32,000 nucleotides of DNA, from assembly GCA_000217635.1 (NCBI GenBank), contig CP001817.1, forward strand, positions 360,001 to 392,000, read 5' to 3'. A program made the translations under genes and the position numbers. The notes under the pieces are model-generated. The model was not told where the DNA came from, did not search any database, and saw only the letters and a program-made list of their open reading frames with translations. The stretch comes from Candidatus Saccharimonadota bacterium (lineage in GTDB: Bacteria > Pseudomonadota > Gammaproteobacteria > Enterobacterales > Enterobacteriaceae). Position 1 is the first letter of the stretch. Every line of letters starts with the position of its first letter. Positions 1 through 9,985 of the stretch are shown in pieces.

Positions 1-1151
1 GTCCATAACATGGATAAATGAAGTCTAATACGACCTCCATACATAGTAAATAACCAATTAAATATTTTTACTCCAGTTGGAATAGCAATAATCATAGTAG
101 TAATACTAAAAAAACTATTCACATGAGGTCCGGAACCCATTGTAAAAAAATGATGTAACCAAACAATAAAAGATAGAACGGTGATTACTATTGTAGCCCA
201 AATTAATGAAACATATCCAAATAAAGTTTTTTTTGAAAATGTTGCTACTATTTCTGAAAAAATACCAAAAACCGGAAGAACAAGTATATATACTTCAGGG
301 TGACCCCAAATCCATATCAAATTAATATACATCATCATATTTCCACCCATATTATTGGTAAAAAAATGAAAACCAACATATCGATCGAAAGTTAATAACA
401 TTAATGTAACCAATAATACAGGAAAAGATATTAATATCAAAACATTAGTACATAATGCAGTCCATGTAAATACAGGTAATTTAAACATTGTCATTCCTGG
501 AGCTCGCATTTTTAAAATAGTAACTAAAAAATTAATTGCAGTTAATGTAGCCCCTATACCTGAAATTTGTAAAATCCAAATCCAGTAATCCACCCCTACC
601 CCTGGACTATATTGAATACCTGATAATGGAGGATAACCTAACCATCCAGTTTTCGCAAACTCTCCCAACCCTAATGATAATGTCATTAATATTACTGAAC
701 CAGCAGTTAACCAAAAACTGATGCTATTTAAAATAGGAAAAGCGAAATCACGTGCGCCTATTTGTAGTGGGACTATATAATTCATTAAACCAATCACAAG
801 AGGCATAGCTACAAAAAAAATCATTATTACCCCGTGAGCTGTAAATACTTGATCATAATGATGTGAAGGAAATAAACCAAGATATCCGCATGATACTAAT
901 ACTTGTTGTAATCTCATCATAATCGCATCAATAAATCCGCGAATTAGCATAATAAATGCTAAAATTAAATACATTATAGCGATTTTTTTATGATCTACAG
1001 ATGTTAACCATTCAGACCATAAATATGTCCATTTTTTAAAAAAAGTAATACTAATTAATCCACAAAAGAAAACAAAAAGGATAATAAAACACGTCATCAT
1101 AATAACTGGATCATGATAAGGAATTGCATTAAAAGTTAATTTTCCAAGCAT
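1..1151 (-). CDS. cyoB: cytochrome bo3 ubiquinol oxidase subunit I, N-terminal ~383 codons (continues past the left edge)
   Basis: Reverse translation from the ATG at 1149-1151 gives [24 protein letters not shown]...[18 protein letters not shown]...[43 protein letters not shown]. This is colinear with E. coli CyoB (MFGKLSLDAVPFHEPIVMV...). The frame stayed open in every segment I translated down to position 1. Confidence 0.95.
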   Translation of the reverse strand, partial: MLGKLTFNAIPYHDPVIMMTCFIILFVFFCGLISITFFKKWTYLWSEWLTSVDHKKIAIMYLILAFIMLIRGFIDAIMMRLQQVLVSCGYLGLFPSHHYDQVFTAHGVIMIFFVAMPLVIGLMNYIVPLQIGARDFAFPILNSISFWLTAGSVILMTLSLGLGEFAKTGWLGYPPLSGIQYSPGVGVDYWIWILQISGIGATLTAINFLVTILKMRAPGMTMFKLPVFTWTALCTNVLILISFPVLLVTLMLLTFDRYVGFHFFTNNMGGNMMMYINLIWIWGHPEVYILVLPVFGIFSEIVATFSKKTLFGYVSLIWATIVITVLSFIVWLHHFFTMGSGPHVNSFFSITTMIIAIPTGVKIFNWLFTMYGGRIRLHLSMLW

Positions 1152-1205
1152 ACTTACTCCATAATTGTATCTATTTTATTTTACTCTATTATATTTATTA
1201 TAAAA

Positions 1206-2075
1206 CTATACTTGATATTTAATCATATTAATTATTTTATAAAACAATAATGGATCTACATATGAAAAATATTGTATAAAAATATTCCCAGAAGGTTTAG
1301 AAATTTTTAAAAATTGTTTTTTAAAGATCAATTTATTTTTTGATAATTTAACTTCTTTAATCCACGCATTTAATCTAGAAAAATTTTCTACAATATGAAC
1401 ATTAAATTTCATATTCGAAAAACCTTTTCCACTATAATTAGCAGAAATTCCTTTATATATTCCTGTTTTACCTGTTTTTAAATTTAATGTAGTTTTCATT
1501 CCTGCCATAGCATATATCTGACTTCCTAAATCAGGAATAAAAAAAGAATTCATGATAGAATTAGATGTAATATTAAAATTTACTGCTGTATTTTTTGGTA
1601 AAAAAATTTCATTAATTGTTGCTATTTTATATTGAGGGTAAATAAATAACCAACGCCAATCTAAAGCTATAGCGTCAATAAAAAGTACCGGATTACTACT
1701 TTTTAATGATTTTTTAGGATCTAATAAGTGTGTTGATTTATAAGACAAAGTTGCTAAAAAAATTACTATACAAATTGGAATAATCCAAATTAGTATTTCT
1801 AAAAATGTTGAATGTGACCAATTCGGAATATAATGCTTATCCATATTAATTTCATTATATTTATATACAATATAAAATGTTAATAAAAAAACAGGAAGGA
1901 CTATAGCTAGCATAGTTTTAAACGCTAACAATATTAATTCTAATTCAATACGAGAAATATCACCATTCACGCATACATATATATATTTACTATATTTATA
2001 GATAATAATTAAAAAAAAAACAAAAAAAAACATAGCGACCTTTTTATAATTTAAATAATTTTTTTTAAAATTCAT
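1206..2075 (-). CDS. cyoA: cytochrome bo3 ubiquinol oxidase subunit II
   Basis: 289-aa ORF. Motifs PNWSHS, DWRWLFIYP, TSNSIMNSFFIPDLGSQIYAMAGM and ISANYSGKGFSNMKF align with E. coli CyoA. It lies directly upstream of cyoB. Confidence 0.95.
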   Translation of the reverse strand: MNFKKNYLNYKKVAMFFFVFFLIIIYKYSKYIYVCVNGDISRIELELILLAFKTMLAIVLPVFLLTFYIVYKYNEINMDKHYIPNWSHSTFLEILIWIIPICIVIFLATLSYKSTHLLDPKKSLKSSNPVLFIDAIALDWRWLFIYPQYKIATINEIFLPKNTAVNFNITSNSIMNSFFIPDLGSQIYAMAGMKTTLNLKTGKTGIYKGISANYSGKGFSNMKFNVHIVENFSRLNAWIKEVKLSKNKLIFKKQFLKISKPSGNIFIQYFSYVDPLLFYKIINMIKYQV

Positions 2076-2396
2076 TATTAGTACCTATTAAAAGTTTTTT
2101 AATTATTTTTATAAAAAAATATATTTTTTAAAAATTAAACATGTACTTATATTATAAAACATTAATTTTTTAATAAAATTTTTATAAATGTTTGTTTATT
2201 AATTATAATTATTAATAATAATTATAATTTTAATAACATTTAAATATAGTATATAAAAATATAACTACACAAGACATCGAGAACAATGTTATAGTATAAA
2301 AAAAATAAATACTTATTAAATAAATTATCTTAAACAAAAATAAAAAATTTTTTTTAATTATTTTTGTTTAAAACATTAAAATCATACATATGACAT

Positions 2397-2720
2397 ATGA
2401 AAGAACTTATATATAAAAAAAATAAAAAAAAAATTAATATTTTCTACTTTAAAATATATAACGATACTAAAAAACATATATTAAAAAATACTATTAAAAA
2501 ACATTATAGAATAATCATTGTTTCAAAAATTTTTCATAATCTTTCTTTAATTCATAGACATAAAAAAATTTATTCAATATTATATAAATACATTCCACAT
2601 AAAATATATTCATTACAAATATATGCCTATAGCACTAAAGAATGGAGTATTTTACCTAAAAAGATACATAGAGTAATTCAATGTTCAAAGAAACTCTATA
2701 AAAAAGATAACCAAAATTAA
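2397..2720 (+). CDS. bolA: BolA family morphogene / stress protein
   Basis: 107-aa ORF. HYRIIIVSKIFHNLSLIHRHKKIYSILYKYIPHKIYSLQIYAYSTKEW aligns with E. coli BolA [48 protein letters not shown]. Its position between cyoA and clpP is syntenic. Confidence 0.85.
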   Translation: MKELIYKKNKKKINIFYFKIYNDTKKHILKNTIKKHYRIIIVSKIFHNLSLIHRHKKIYSILYKYIPHKIYSLQIYAYSTKEWSILPKKIHRVIQCSKKLYKKDNQN

Positions 2721-3225
2721 AAAAATATAAATAAATAAAAGATTTTAAATTTTTTCTTCTATATCAAAAAATTAAATTAAACTATTAAAATTTATAAAAT
2801 ATATATGCGTCTTAAAAAACAATAAAAATTCTAAAACACATCTAATATTCTAAAATAAAAAACGAACTTCAAAAAAAACCTTTTTTTAAATAAATAAAAT
2901 ATTTTTTTATCTATTTGCTAAAAAATGATATTTATAAAAAAATTAAATAAAAAAAAATATAAAATAATTTAAAATATATATTCATACATAAAATTATCTA
3001 CAATTATAGAATATTATACATCACAGCTATAGCAAATTAAATTTCTACTTTAAAAAAATATTCTTTTAAATATATACTAATATATTAACATAACTTATTT
3101 AATTTCTTGTAATAATAAAAAAAAGTTTAATAAATCTTATAAGACACAGAATATAATTTTAAATAAAATATTAAATAAATTATAGTATATAGAAAAATAA
3201 AATATTTTAAATAAAAAGGAAAATA

Positions 3226-3842
3226 ATGAACAGATATTTTAAAAAAAACATAAAAAAAAACTCTATTTCTATACCATTTGTTATTGATCAGACAGAACGT
3301 GGAGATCGTTCATACGATATATTTTCACGATTATTAAAAGAAAGAATAATCTTCGTTACCGGAGTTATCGAAGATAATTTAGCTAATATGATTGTAGCTC
3401 AAATCCTATTTTTAGAATCAGAAAATAACTCTCAAGATATATATTTATATATTAATTCTCCCGGGGGAATCATTACAGCTGGTTTATCTATTTATGATAC
3501 TATGCAATTTGTAAATCCAGATATTAATACAATTTGCTTAGGGCAATCATGTTCTATGGCCGCAATATTATTATGCGCAGGTAAAAAAGGTAAGAGATTT
3601 TGTTTGCCTAATTCTAGGGTTATGCTACACCAACCTTTAGGTAGTTTTCAAGGGCAAGCTTCAGATATTTTTATACATGCAAAAGAAATAAAAAAACTAA
3701 GGATTCGGTTAATACTATATTGTCATATCATACTCAACAACCAATAAATAAAATCATAGAAGACACTGAAAGAGATTATTTTCTATCTCCACAAGAAGCA
3801 CTTCAATATGGAATAATTGACGATATACTTTATAAAAAATAA
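3226..3842 (+). CDS. clpP: ATP-dependent Clp protease proteolytic subunit, frame broken at an A7 tract (3690-3696)
   Basis: The ORF 3226-3747 matches ClpP up to IHAKEIKK and then diverges. The frame from 3696 to the stop at 3840-3842 reads [48 protein letters not shown], which matches the ClpP C-terminus. One added A joins the two frames into about 205 aa. Confidence 0.9.
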
Positions 3843-3912
3843 TCTATTTAACAAAACAATACATATACTGTATAACATATTTATATAAATAAAATAAACA
3901 TAAGAATATAAT

Positions 3913-5151
3913 ATGAATAATATAGATAATAATAAAAAATTATTTTGTATTTTTTGTAATAAAACTCCAGAGAAAACAAAAAAATTAATTATAGGACTAT
4001 CTGGTAATATTTGTACCCAATGTGTTATTTTTTGCTATGATACATTAAAAAAAATAATTATATATATAAAAAAAAGAGAAAAAAATGATTTAACTTCTCC
4101 ATATATAATAAAAAAACATCTAGATAAATATATTATTGGTCAAGAAAAAGCTAAAAAAATTTTTTCGGTATCTGTTTATAATCATTATAAAAAATTAAAA
4201 TATATCCAAGAAAATAAAAATAATATTGAATTAGAAAAAAGTAATATTTTATTATTAGGCCCCACAGGAAGCGGAAAAACCTTATTAGCAAAAACATTAG
4301 CAAAATATTTAAATGTTCCTTTTGCTATAGCAGATGCAACAACGCTTACTCAAGCCGGTTATGTTGGAGAAGATGTAGAAACTATTTTACAAAAACTAAT
4401 AGAAAATAGTAATTATGACATTAAAAAAGCAGAAAAAGGTATTATATATATTGATGAAATAGACAAAATTTCTAAAAAATCAGAAAATTTATCCATAACA
4501 AGAGATGTGTCAGGAGAAGGAGTACAGCAATCACTATTAAAAATAATAGAAGGCACTATAGCTACAGTACCCCCTAAAGGAAGTAGAAAGCATCCGCAAG
4601 AAGATCTATGGAAAATTAATACATCAAATATTTTATTTATTTGTGGAGGAGCTTTTTGTAATATAGATAAAATTATATTAAAACGTGTACAAAAAACACT
4701 AGGTATTGGATTTCACAAAAAAATAAAAGACATTAATAAAATTGAAAAAAAAATATCAAAAAAAGAAAAGATACAACCTCAAGATTTAATAAAATTTGGA
4801 TTAATACCTGAATTTGTCGGAAGATTTCCAATTATTGCAAATTTTGATAGCTTAACTCAACAAAATTTAATAGATATTTTATGTCAACCAAAAAATTCTT
4901 TAATAAAACAATATCAAATTTTATTTTCACTAGATAATATTCAATTAGAATTTGATAAAGAATCTTTAATAGAAATAGCTAAACAGGCTGTGTTAAAAAA
5001 TACAGGTGCAAGAGGTTTACGTGCAACTTTAGAATCAATATTATTGAATACTATGTATGATATATCAATATTAAAAAATATAAAAAAAGTATGTATTAAT
5101 GCTTCTGTAATAAAAAATAAAACAGCACCAAAATTAATTTTTTCAAAATAA
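3913..5151 (+). CDS. clpX: ATP-dependent Clp protease ATP-binding subunit ClpX
   Basis: 412 aa. It has an N-terminal CxxC...CxxC zinc finger, Walker A GPTGSGKT, IYIDEIDKI, RDVSGEGVQQSLLK and TGARGLR. It is colinear with E. coli ClpX. Confidence 0.97.
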   Translation: MNNIDNNKKLFCIFCNKTPEKTKKLIIGLSGNICTQCVIFCYDTLKKIIIYIKKREKNDLTSPYIIKKHLDKYIIGQEKAKKIFSVSVYNHYKKLKYIQENKNNIELEKSNILLLGPTGSGKTLLAKTLAKYLNVPFAIADATTLTQAGYVGEDVETILQKLIENSNYDIKKAEKGIIYIDEIDKISKKSENLSITRDVSGEGVQQSLLKIIEGTIATVPPKGSRKHPQEDLWKINTSNILFICGGAFCNIDKIILKRVQKTLGIGFHKKIKDINKIEKKISKKEKIQPQDLIKFGLIPEFVGRFPIIANFDSLTQQNLIDILCQPKNSLIKQYQILFSLDNIQLEFDKESLIEIAKQAVLKNTGARGLRATLESILLNTMYDISILKNIKKVCINASVIKNKTAPKLIFSK

Positions 5152-5295
5152 ATTTTTAATATAAATTTTAATTTATAAAATTTTCTACAATACATACATA
5201 AATTTAACATTTTCTTAAAATTTTATTTACAGTTTTATTTTATATCTTTTTAATAATTCTATATATTCTAAAATATTTTAACAAAAGAGAAAATT

Positions 5296-7656
5296 ATGAA
5301 TTTTAGGTGTTTTGAAACAATAGAAATTCCAGTATTACCATTACGAGATATGGTAATTTATCCTCATATGATTGCACCATTATTTATAGGACGAGAAATA
5401 TCTATTAAATGCATAGAATTTTCTATGAAAAATAATAAAAAGATTTTATTAATTTCTCAAAAAAAATCAACCATAGAAAATCCACAAGAAAATGATTTAT
5501 TTACAGTGGGAACAGTCTCTGTAATATTACAAATGCTAAAATTACCCGATGGAACAATTAAAATTTTAGTCAAAGGACTTAAAAGAGCTAAAATAACAGA
5601 AATTAAAAAGAATAACGTTTATTTTTTAGCAATAATAAACTATTTAAAATCTCCAAAAATTAATATAATAGAAAAAAAAGTACTTATTAAAACTACTTTA
5701 AAACAATTCGAAAAATATATTAAATTAAATAAAAAAATATCTATAGAAATTTTAAATTCTTTAAAAAATATTAATAACTTAGAAAAAATTGGTGATATTA
5801 TTTCTGCTCATATCCCATTAAAATTGAAAGATAAACAATCAATTTTAGAAATGTCAAAAATTAATAAACGTTTAGAATTTTTAATGAGTATAATGGAGAC
5901 AGAAATAAATTTATTGAAAATTGAAAAACGTATTCGAAACCGTATTAAAAGACAAATGGAAAAAAGTCAACGTGAATACTATCTCAATGAACAAATAAAA
6001 GCAATACAAAAAGAGTTAGGAGATCTTGATGAAACCTTAGATGAATATAAATCTTTACAAAAAAAAATAAATTTAGCAAAAATGCCAAAAACAGCCTGTA
6101 AAAAAAACAAAGACAGAATTAAAAAACTAAAAATGATGTCGCCAATTTCCGCAGAAGCTACTGTTGTACGAAGTTATATAGATTGGATGATTCAAGTTCC
6201 TTGGTATAAACGTAGTAAAATTAAAACAGATATCAAGTCTGCAAAAGAAATTTTAGATTTTGATCATTTTGGGCTAGAAAAAGTAAAAGAACGCATATTA
6301 GAGTATTTAGCAGTACAAAACCGAAAAAATAAAATCAAAGGTCCAATTTTATGTCTTGTAGGTCCTCCTGGAGTTGGAAAAACTTCTTTAGGTAAATCAA
6401 TTGCTCGAGCTACCGGACGAAAATATATACGTATGGCATTAGGTGGAATACGAGATGAAGCTGAAATTAGAGGACATCGAAGAACATATATTGGATCTAT
6501 GCCTGGAAAATTAATACAAAACATATCTAAATCTGGAGTAAAAAAATCCTCTTTTTTATTAGATGAAATAGATAAAATATCATGTGATTTGCGTGTAGAT
6601 CCTGCATCCGCTCTTTTAGAAGTTTTAGATTCAGAACAAAATATGTCATTTAATGATCATTATTTAGAAACTGATTATGATTTATCTGAAGTAATGTTTA
6701 TTGCTACATCTAATTCTATGAATATTCCGGCTCCATTATTAGATCGCATGGAAATAATACAATTATCTGGATATACAGAAGATGAAAAATTAAATATTGC
6801 AAAAAATTATTTAAGACCAAAACAAATTATAGAAAATGCATTAAAAAAAAGGAAAATAAGTATTCTAGATGATGCATTATTAAAAATTATTAGGTATTAT
6901 ACAAGAGAAGCGGGTGTTAGAAATCTCGAACGCGCCATTGCAAAGATATGTAGAAAATCAGTAAAAAAAATAACATTAGATAATAATCAAAAAATGATTA
7001 TTATAAATAAAAAAAATCTAAAAGAATATTTAGGCATTAAAAAATATACTTATGGACAAAGAAATAAAATTAATAAAATTGGTCAAGTGATTGGTTTAGC
7101 TTGGACTGAAGTTGGTGGTGATTTACTAACTATAGAAAGCGCATGTATCCCTGGGAAAGGAAAGTTAACTTATACCGGATCGCTGGGAGAAGTGATGCAA
7201 GAATCAATACAAGCAGCACTAACTGTAGTACGTTCACAGGCTCATAAATTAAATATAAAAAAAAATTTTTATGAAAAAAATGATATTCATGTACATGTAC
7301 CTGAAGGAGCTACTCCTAAAGACGGACCTAGCGCTGGAATTACCATGTGCACAGCTATTGTATCTTGTTTAACAAATATTCCAGTAAAATCCGAAATTGC
7401 TATGACAGGCGAGATTACTTTAAGAGGAATTATATTAAGTATTGGAGGACTAAAAGAAAAATTGATTGCAGCACATCGGGGAGGTATAAAAATCGTATTA
7501 ATTCCTCAGGAAAACATTCGTGATTTAGAAGAAATACCTAAAAATATCATCTCAAATTTATCTATTTGTCCGGTAAATAATATTAAAGAAGTATTAAAAT
7601 TAGCTCTAGAAAGAGATCCGTATATTAAGACTAATTTGTATAAAAATATAAAATAA
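5296..7656 (+). CDS. lon: Lon protease
   Basis: 786 aa. It has IEIPVLPLRD, GPPGVGKTS, the catalytic Ser context PKDGPSAGI and EKLIAAHRGGIK. It is colinear with E. coli Lon along the whole length. Confidence 0.97.
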   Translation: MNFRCFETIEIPVLPLRDMVIYPHMIAPLFIGREISIKCIEFSMKNNKKILLISQKKSTIENPQENDLFTVGTVSVILQMLKLPDGTIKILVKGLKRAKITEIKKNNVYFLAIINYLKSPKINIIEKKVLIKTTLKQFEKYIKLNKKISIEILNSLKNINNLEKIGDIISAHIPLKLKDKQSILEMSKINKRLEFLMSIMETEINLLKIEKRIRNRIKRQMEKSQREYYLNEQIKAIQKELGDLDETLDEYKSLQKKINLAKMPKTACKKNKDRIKKLKMMSPISAEATVVRSYIDWMIQVPWYKRSKIKTDIKSAKEILDFDHFGLEKVKERILEYLAVQNRKNKIKGPILCLVGPPGVGKTSLGKSIARATGRKYIRMALGGIRDEAEIRGHRRTYIGSMPGKLIQNISKSGVKKSSFLLDEIDKISCDLRVDPASALLEVLDSEQNMSFNDHYLETDYDLSEVMFIATSNSMNIPAPLLDRMEIIQLSGYTEDEKLNIAKNYLRPKQIIENALKKRKISILDDALLKIIRYYTREAGVRNLERAIAKICRKSVKKITLDNNQKMIIINKKNLKEYLGIKKYTYGQRNKINKIGQVIGLAWTEVGGDLLTIESACIPGKGKLTYTGSLGEVMQESIQAALTVVRSQAHKLNIKKNFYEKNDIHVHVPEGATPKDGPSAGITMCTAIVSCLTNIPVKSEIAMTGEITLRGIILSIGGLKEKLIAAHRGGIKIVLIPQENIRDLEEIPKNIISNLSICPVNNIKEVLKLALERDPYIKTNLYKNIK

Positions 7657-7695
7657 TACAAAAAAATATTTAAAAATTTTATACTTTATATTTAT

Positions 7696-7730
7696 AGCTG
7701 GCAAAATAATTAGTCATTGCCAGCTTCTTT
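7696..7730 (+). terminator. putative hairpin terminator downstream of lon
   Basis: A GC-containing inverted repeat, agctggcaa (7696-7704) and ttgccagct (7717-7725), sits in AT-rich sequence 40 nt after the lon stop. The loop is about 12 nt and the T-tail is only weak (tcttt). Confidence 0.4.
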
Positions 7731-7805
7731 AACATTGATATCTTAATATAAAAAGTTAATTTTATTATATTAAAAATATCAATATATTATTTGGAACATA
7801 TTATT

Positions 7806-9682
7806 ATGTCAAAAATTAATTTTTTTTCAAAAAAAATATTAGCAATTATTATTATCGTAACAATTATGCTATCTATAATCTTTAATAGTATAGTGATTTA
7901 CTTTATAAAAGATTATAAAAATCACGCTATTTTAATTAATAACGAAAAAATTTCACCTAAAATAATACAGTGTCTGTATTCTTTTAAAAAAAAATATCAT
8001 CAGAATCAAGAAAAAAATAAAACAAATGATTTAGAAACTAATTTTTATAAAAATTATTATATAAAAAAATATTAATGAAAATAATTTATACTTCTTTATT
8101 AAAACAATATACACAAAAAATTCATTTTCACATTAATACTGAAAATATTAAAAATATTATTAAATCATCAAAATTCTTTAAAATAAATAATAAATTCAAT
8201 TTAAATAAATATTTAAATTTTTTAAATTCTATTGAATTAACTAATGCTCAATATTTATCTGCTCTTAAAAATAAAAATTCCGTAAAATCTTTAATATTAT
8301 TATTATTAAAATCAGAAATATTTCTTGAAAAATATGTTCATAAAATTATGAATCAGCATCTTGAGAAAAGAAATGTACAAATAGGATCATTTAATAGTTC
8401 TTTAACAGATTTAGAAAAAAAAATTCCATTTAAAGATATAAAAAACTATTATGTTTTAAATAAAAAAATTTTTTTTATCCAAAAAGAATAAAGTTAGTAA
8501 TATTATGTTTTAAAAAAGCCCTTCCAACAATAAAAAATAATAATAAAATAAATAAATTTAATACAAAAAACATAAAGAAAACTACTCAAAAATACCAAAA
8601 AAAATATCAAATAATTAAAATAAAAAAAATAAAATATGCACAATTATTATTTCATAATATCCAACATAAAAAAAAATTTCATCAAAATATTACAAAACGT
8701 TTACTAGAAATAAAAAAAGAGTATGAAATCCTAAATACAAAATGGATTAATGAAAAAAATTCTTCTGAATTTATAAGAAAATTAAAACTAGATAAAATAG
8801 GAGACATTTCTAAATTAATTAAATATAAAAATAATTTTTATATTGTGATATTAAAAAATAAAAAAATTGAATATACTCACTATCCTGATATTATAAAAAA
8901 AATACAAAAAATCGTATTAATACTATTAATAAAATATCCAAAAATATAAAATTTATAAAAAATATTTCAAATTTATTAATAGAAAATCAATTAAATTTAC
9001 CAAAAAATAATAAGAATATTTATTTAAAAAAATAGAAACAAAATGGATTACACAAGATAAGAAATCCCAATATCGTTATACACATTCATTAATGCATTTC
9101 ATACAAAAAAATTTTTTTTAATCAAACTAATAATTTAACAAATAAAAACCCAATAAAAATTTTTTTATCAAACAAAAATAATGTATATATTTTACAAAAA
9201 AAACTATATCAACCAAAAAAAATTAAAAAATTGGAATGCGTTTATAATACTATTAAAAAAATTTTACAAATTAAAAAATTATATCTAAAAAATTCCTATT
9301 TAATAAAGAAATTTTTATCTAATAAAAATAATATAAATAACAATTTTTTAAAAAATAATAAATTAATATTACAACCAACAAAAACAATAACATTAAAAAA
9401 CAATAAAAAAGATAAACAACTTAAAATAATTTTTAAATTACCTATACCAAAAAAAATAATTTCGTATATACAATACTTCATCAAAAAAATAATCAAGACC
9501 GATTATTAATTTTAAAAAATGTATTTTACCAATCTATTAGTGAGAGTCAGAAAAGAGAATTAATAAAAAAAATAAAAAATCAATATAAAAATTCAATTTT
9601 TTCTACTATATTAAAAAATATATTTCAAAAATCTACAATTCAATATAATGAAAAAATATTAAAAACGATTCAAGTATCTTAA
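7806..9682 (+). pseudogene. ppiD: periplasmic chaperone / PPIase PpiD, fragmented by multiple frameshifts
   Basis: PpiD-like segments occur in order but in different frames. The N-terminal TM segment is 7806-8075 (a TTG at 7791 is also possible). 8075-8491 matches LIDEALLDQY...GKFDNSRY. About 8478-8948 is parvulin-like (YAQLLFHNIQ...NFYIVILKN). 9231-9509 follows, and the last piece ends NSIFSTILKNIFQKSTIQYNEKILKTIQVS at the stop 9680-9682. I traced at least 5 to 6 frame changes. Two of them are at A7 tracts (8063-8069 and 9483-9489). Confidence 0.85.
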
Positions 9683-9740
9683 CATATATTAATATTTAAT
9701 TATTATTAAAATATTTATATATTTAAAGTAATATTTTTAT

Positions 9741-9850
9741 AAAAAAAAATCCTGTTAGCTACTATAACACCTATATCATTTAATTTGGCTGCTTCTTTCC
9801 AGATCTGACCAGATAATTAAACTAATAGCGTTAAGTATTTCTAACAGGAT
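9741..9850 (-). ncRNA. ffs: 4.5S RNA (SRP RNA)
   Basis: The minus strand reads AUCCUGUUAG...AACGCUA...CUGGUCAGAUCUGGAAAGAAGCAGCCAA...GUAGCUAACAGGAU followed by a U-run. The conserved domain IV of E. coli 4.5S is GGUCAGGUCCGGAAGGAAGCAGCCAA. The terminal 10-bp stem pairs 9749-9758 with 9841-9850. The exact ends are approximate. Confidence 0.88.
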
Positions 9851-9985
9851 ATAAAATTTAATATTGCTTTAATTTTAAAAAATTTATTTTTATAATTAAA
9901 CAATAAATATATTGTAGAGTCAAGAAAAATATATTTTTTTTAAAATTAATTTATTTTTTAAAAAATTTCAAAAGATAGGATAAAC

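Noticed and set aside
4941-5210. An 89-aa minus-strand ORF overlapping the clpX 3' end. The same class includes 6264-6524 (-), 9296-9496 (-), 10321-10536 (-), 10615-10833 (-), 26154-26384 (+), 29087-29365 (+) and 31044-31247 (+).
   Set aside because: All are antisense shadow ORFs inside well-supported genes (clpX, lon, ppiD, dnaX, rpsK, rpsE and rpsN). They have low-complexity hydrophobic translations, no recognisable family and no Shine-Dalgarno sequence.
2721-5295. I searched upstream of clpP, clpX and lon, and upstream of htpG (11560-11723), for sigma32 heat-shock promoters (CTTGAAA, about 14 nt, CCCCAT).
   Set aside because: There are only partial -35-like strings (cttgtaa, cttaaaa) and no C-rich -10 element. 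In sequence this AT-rich such partial matches are uninformative.
7791-9509. Track ORFs 7791-8075, 8075-8491 and 9231-9509 considered as three independent small genes.
   Set aside because: Each aligns to a consecutive part of PpiD, and the intervening unlisted frames supply the missing parts. They are fragments of one broken gene.
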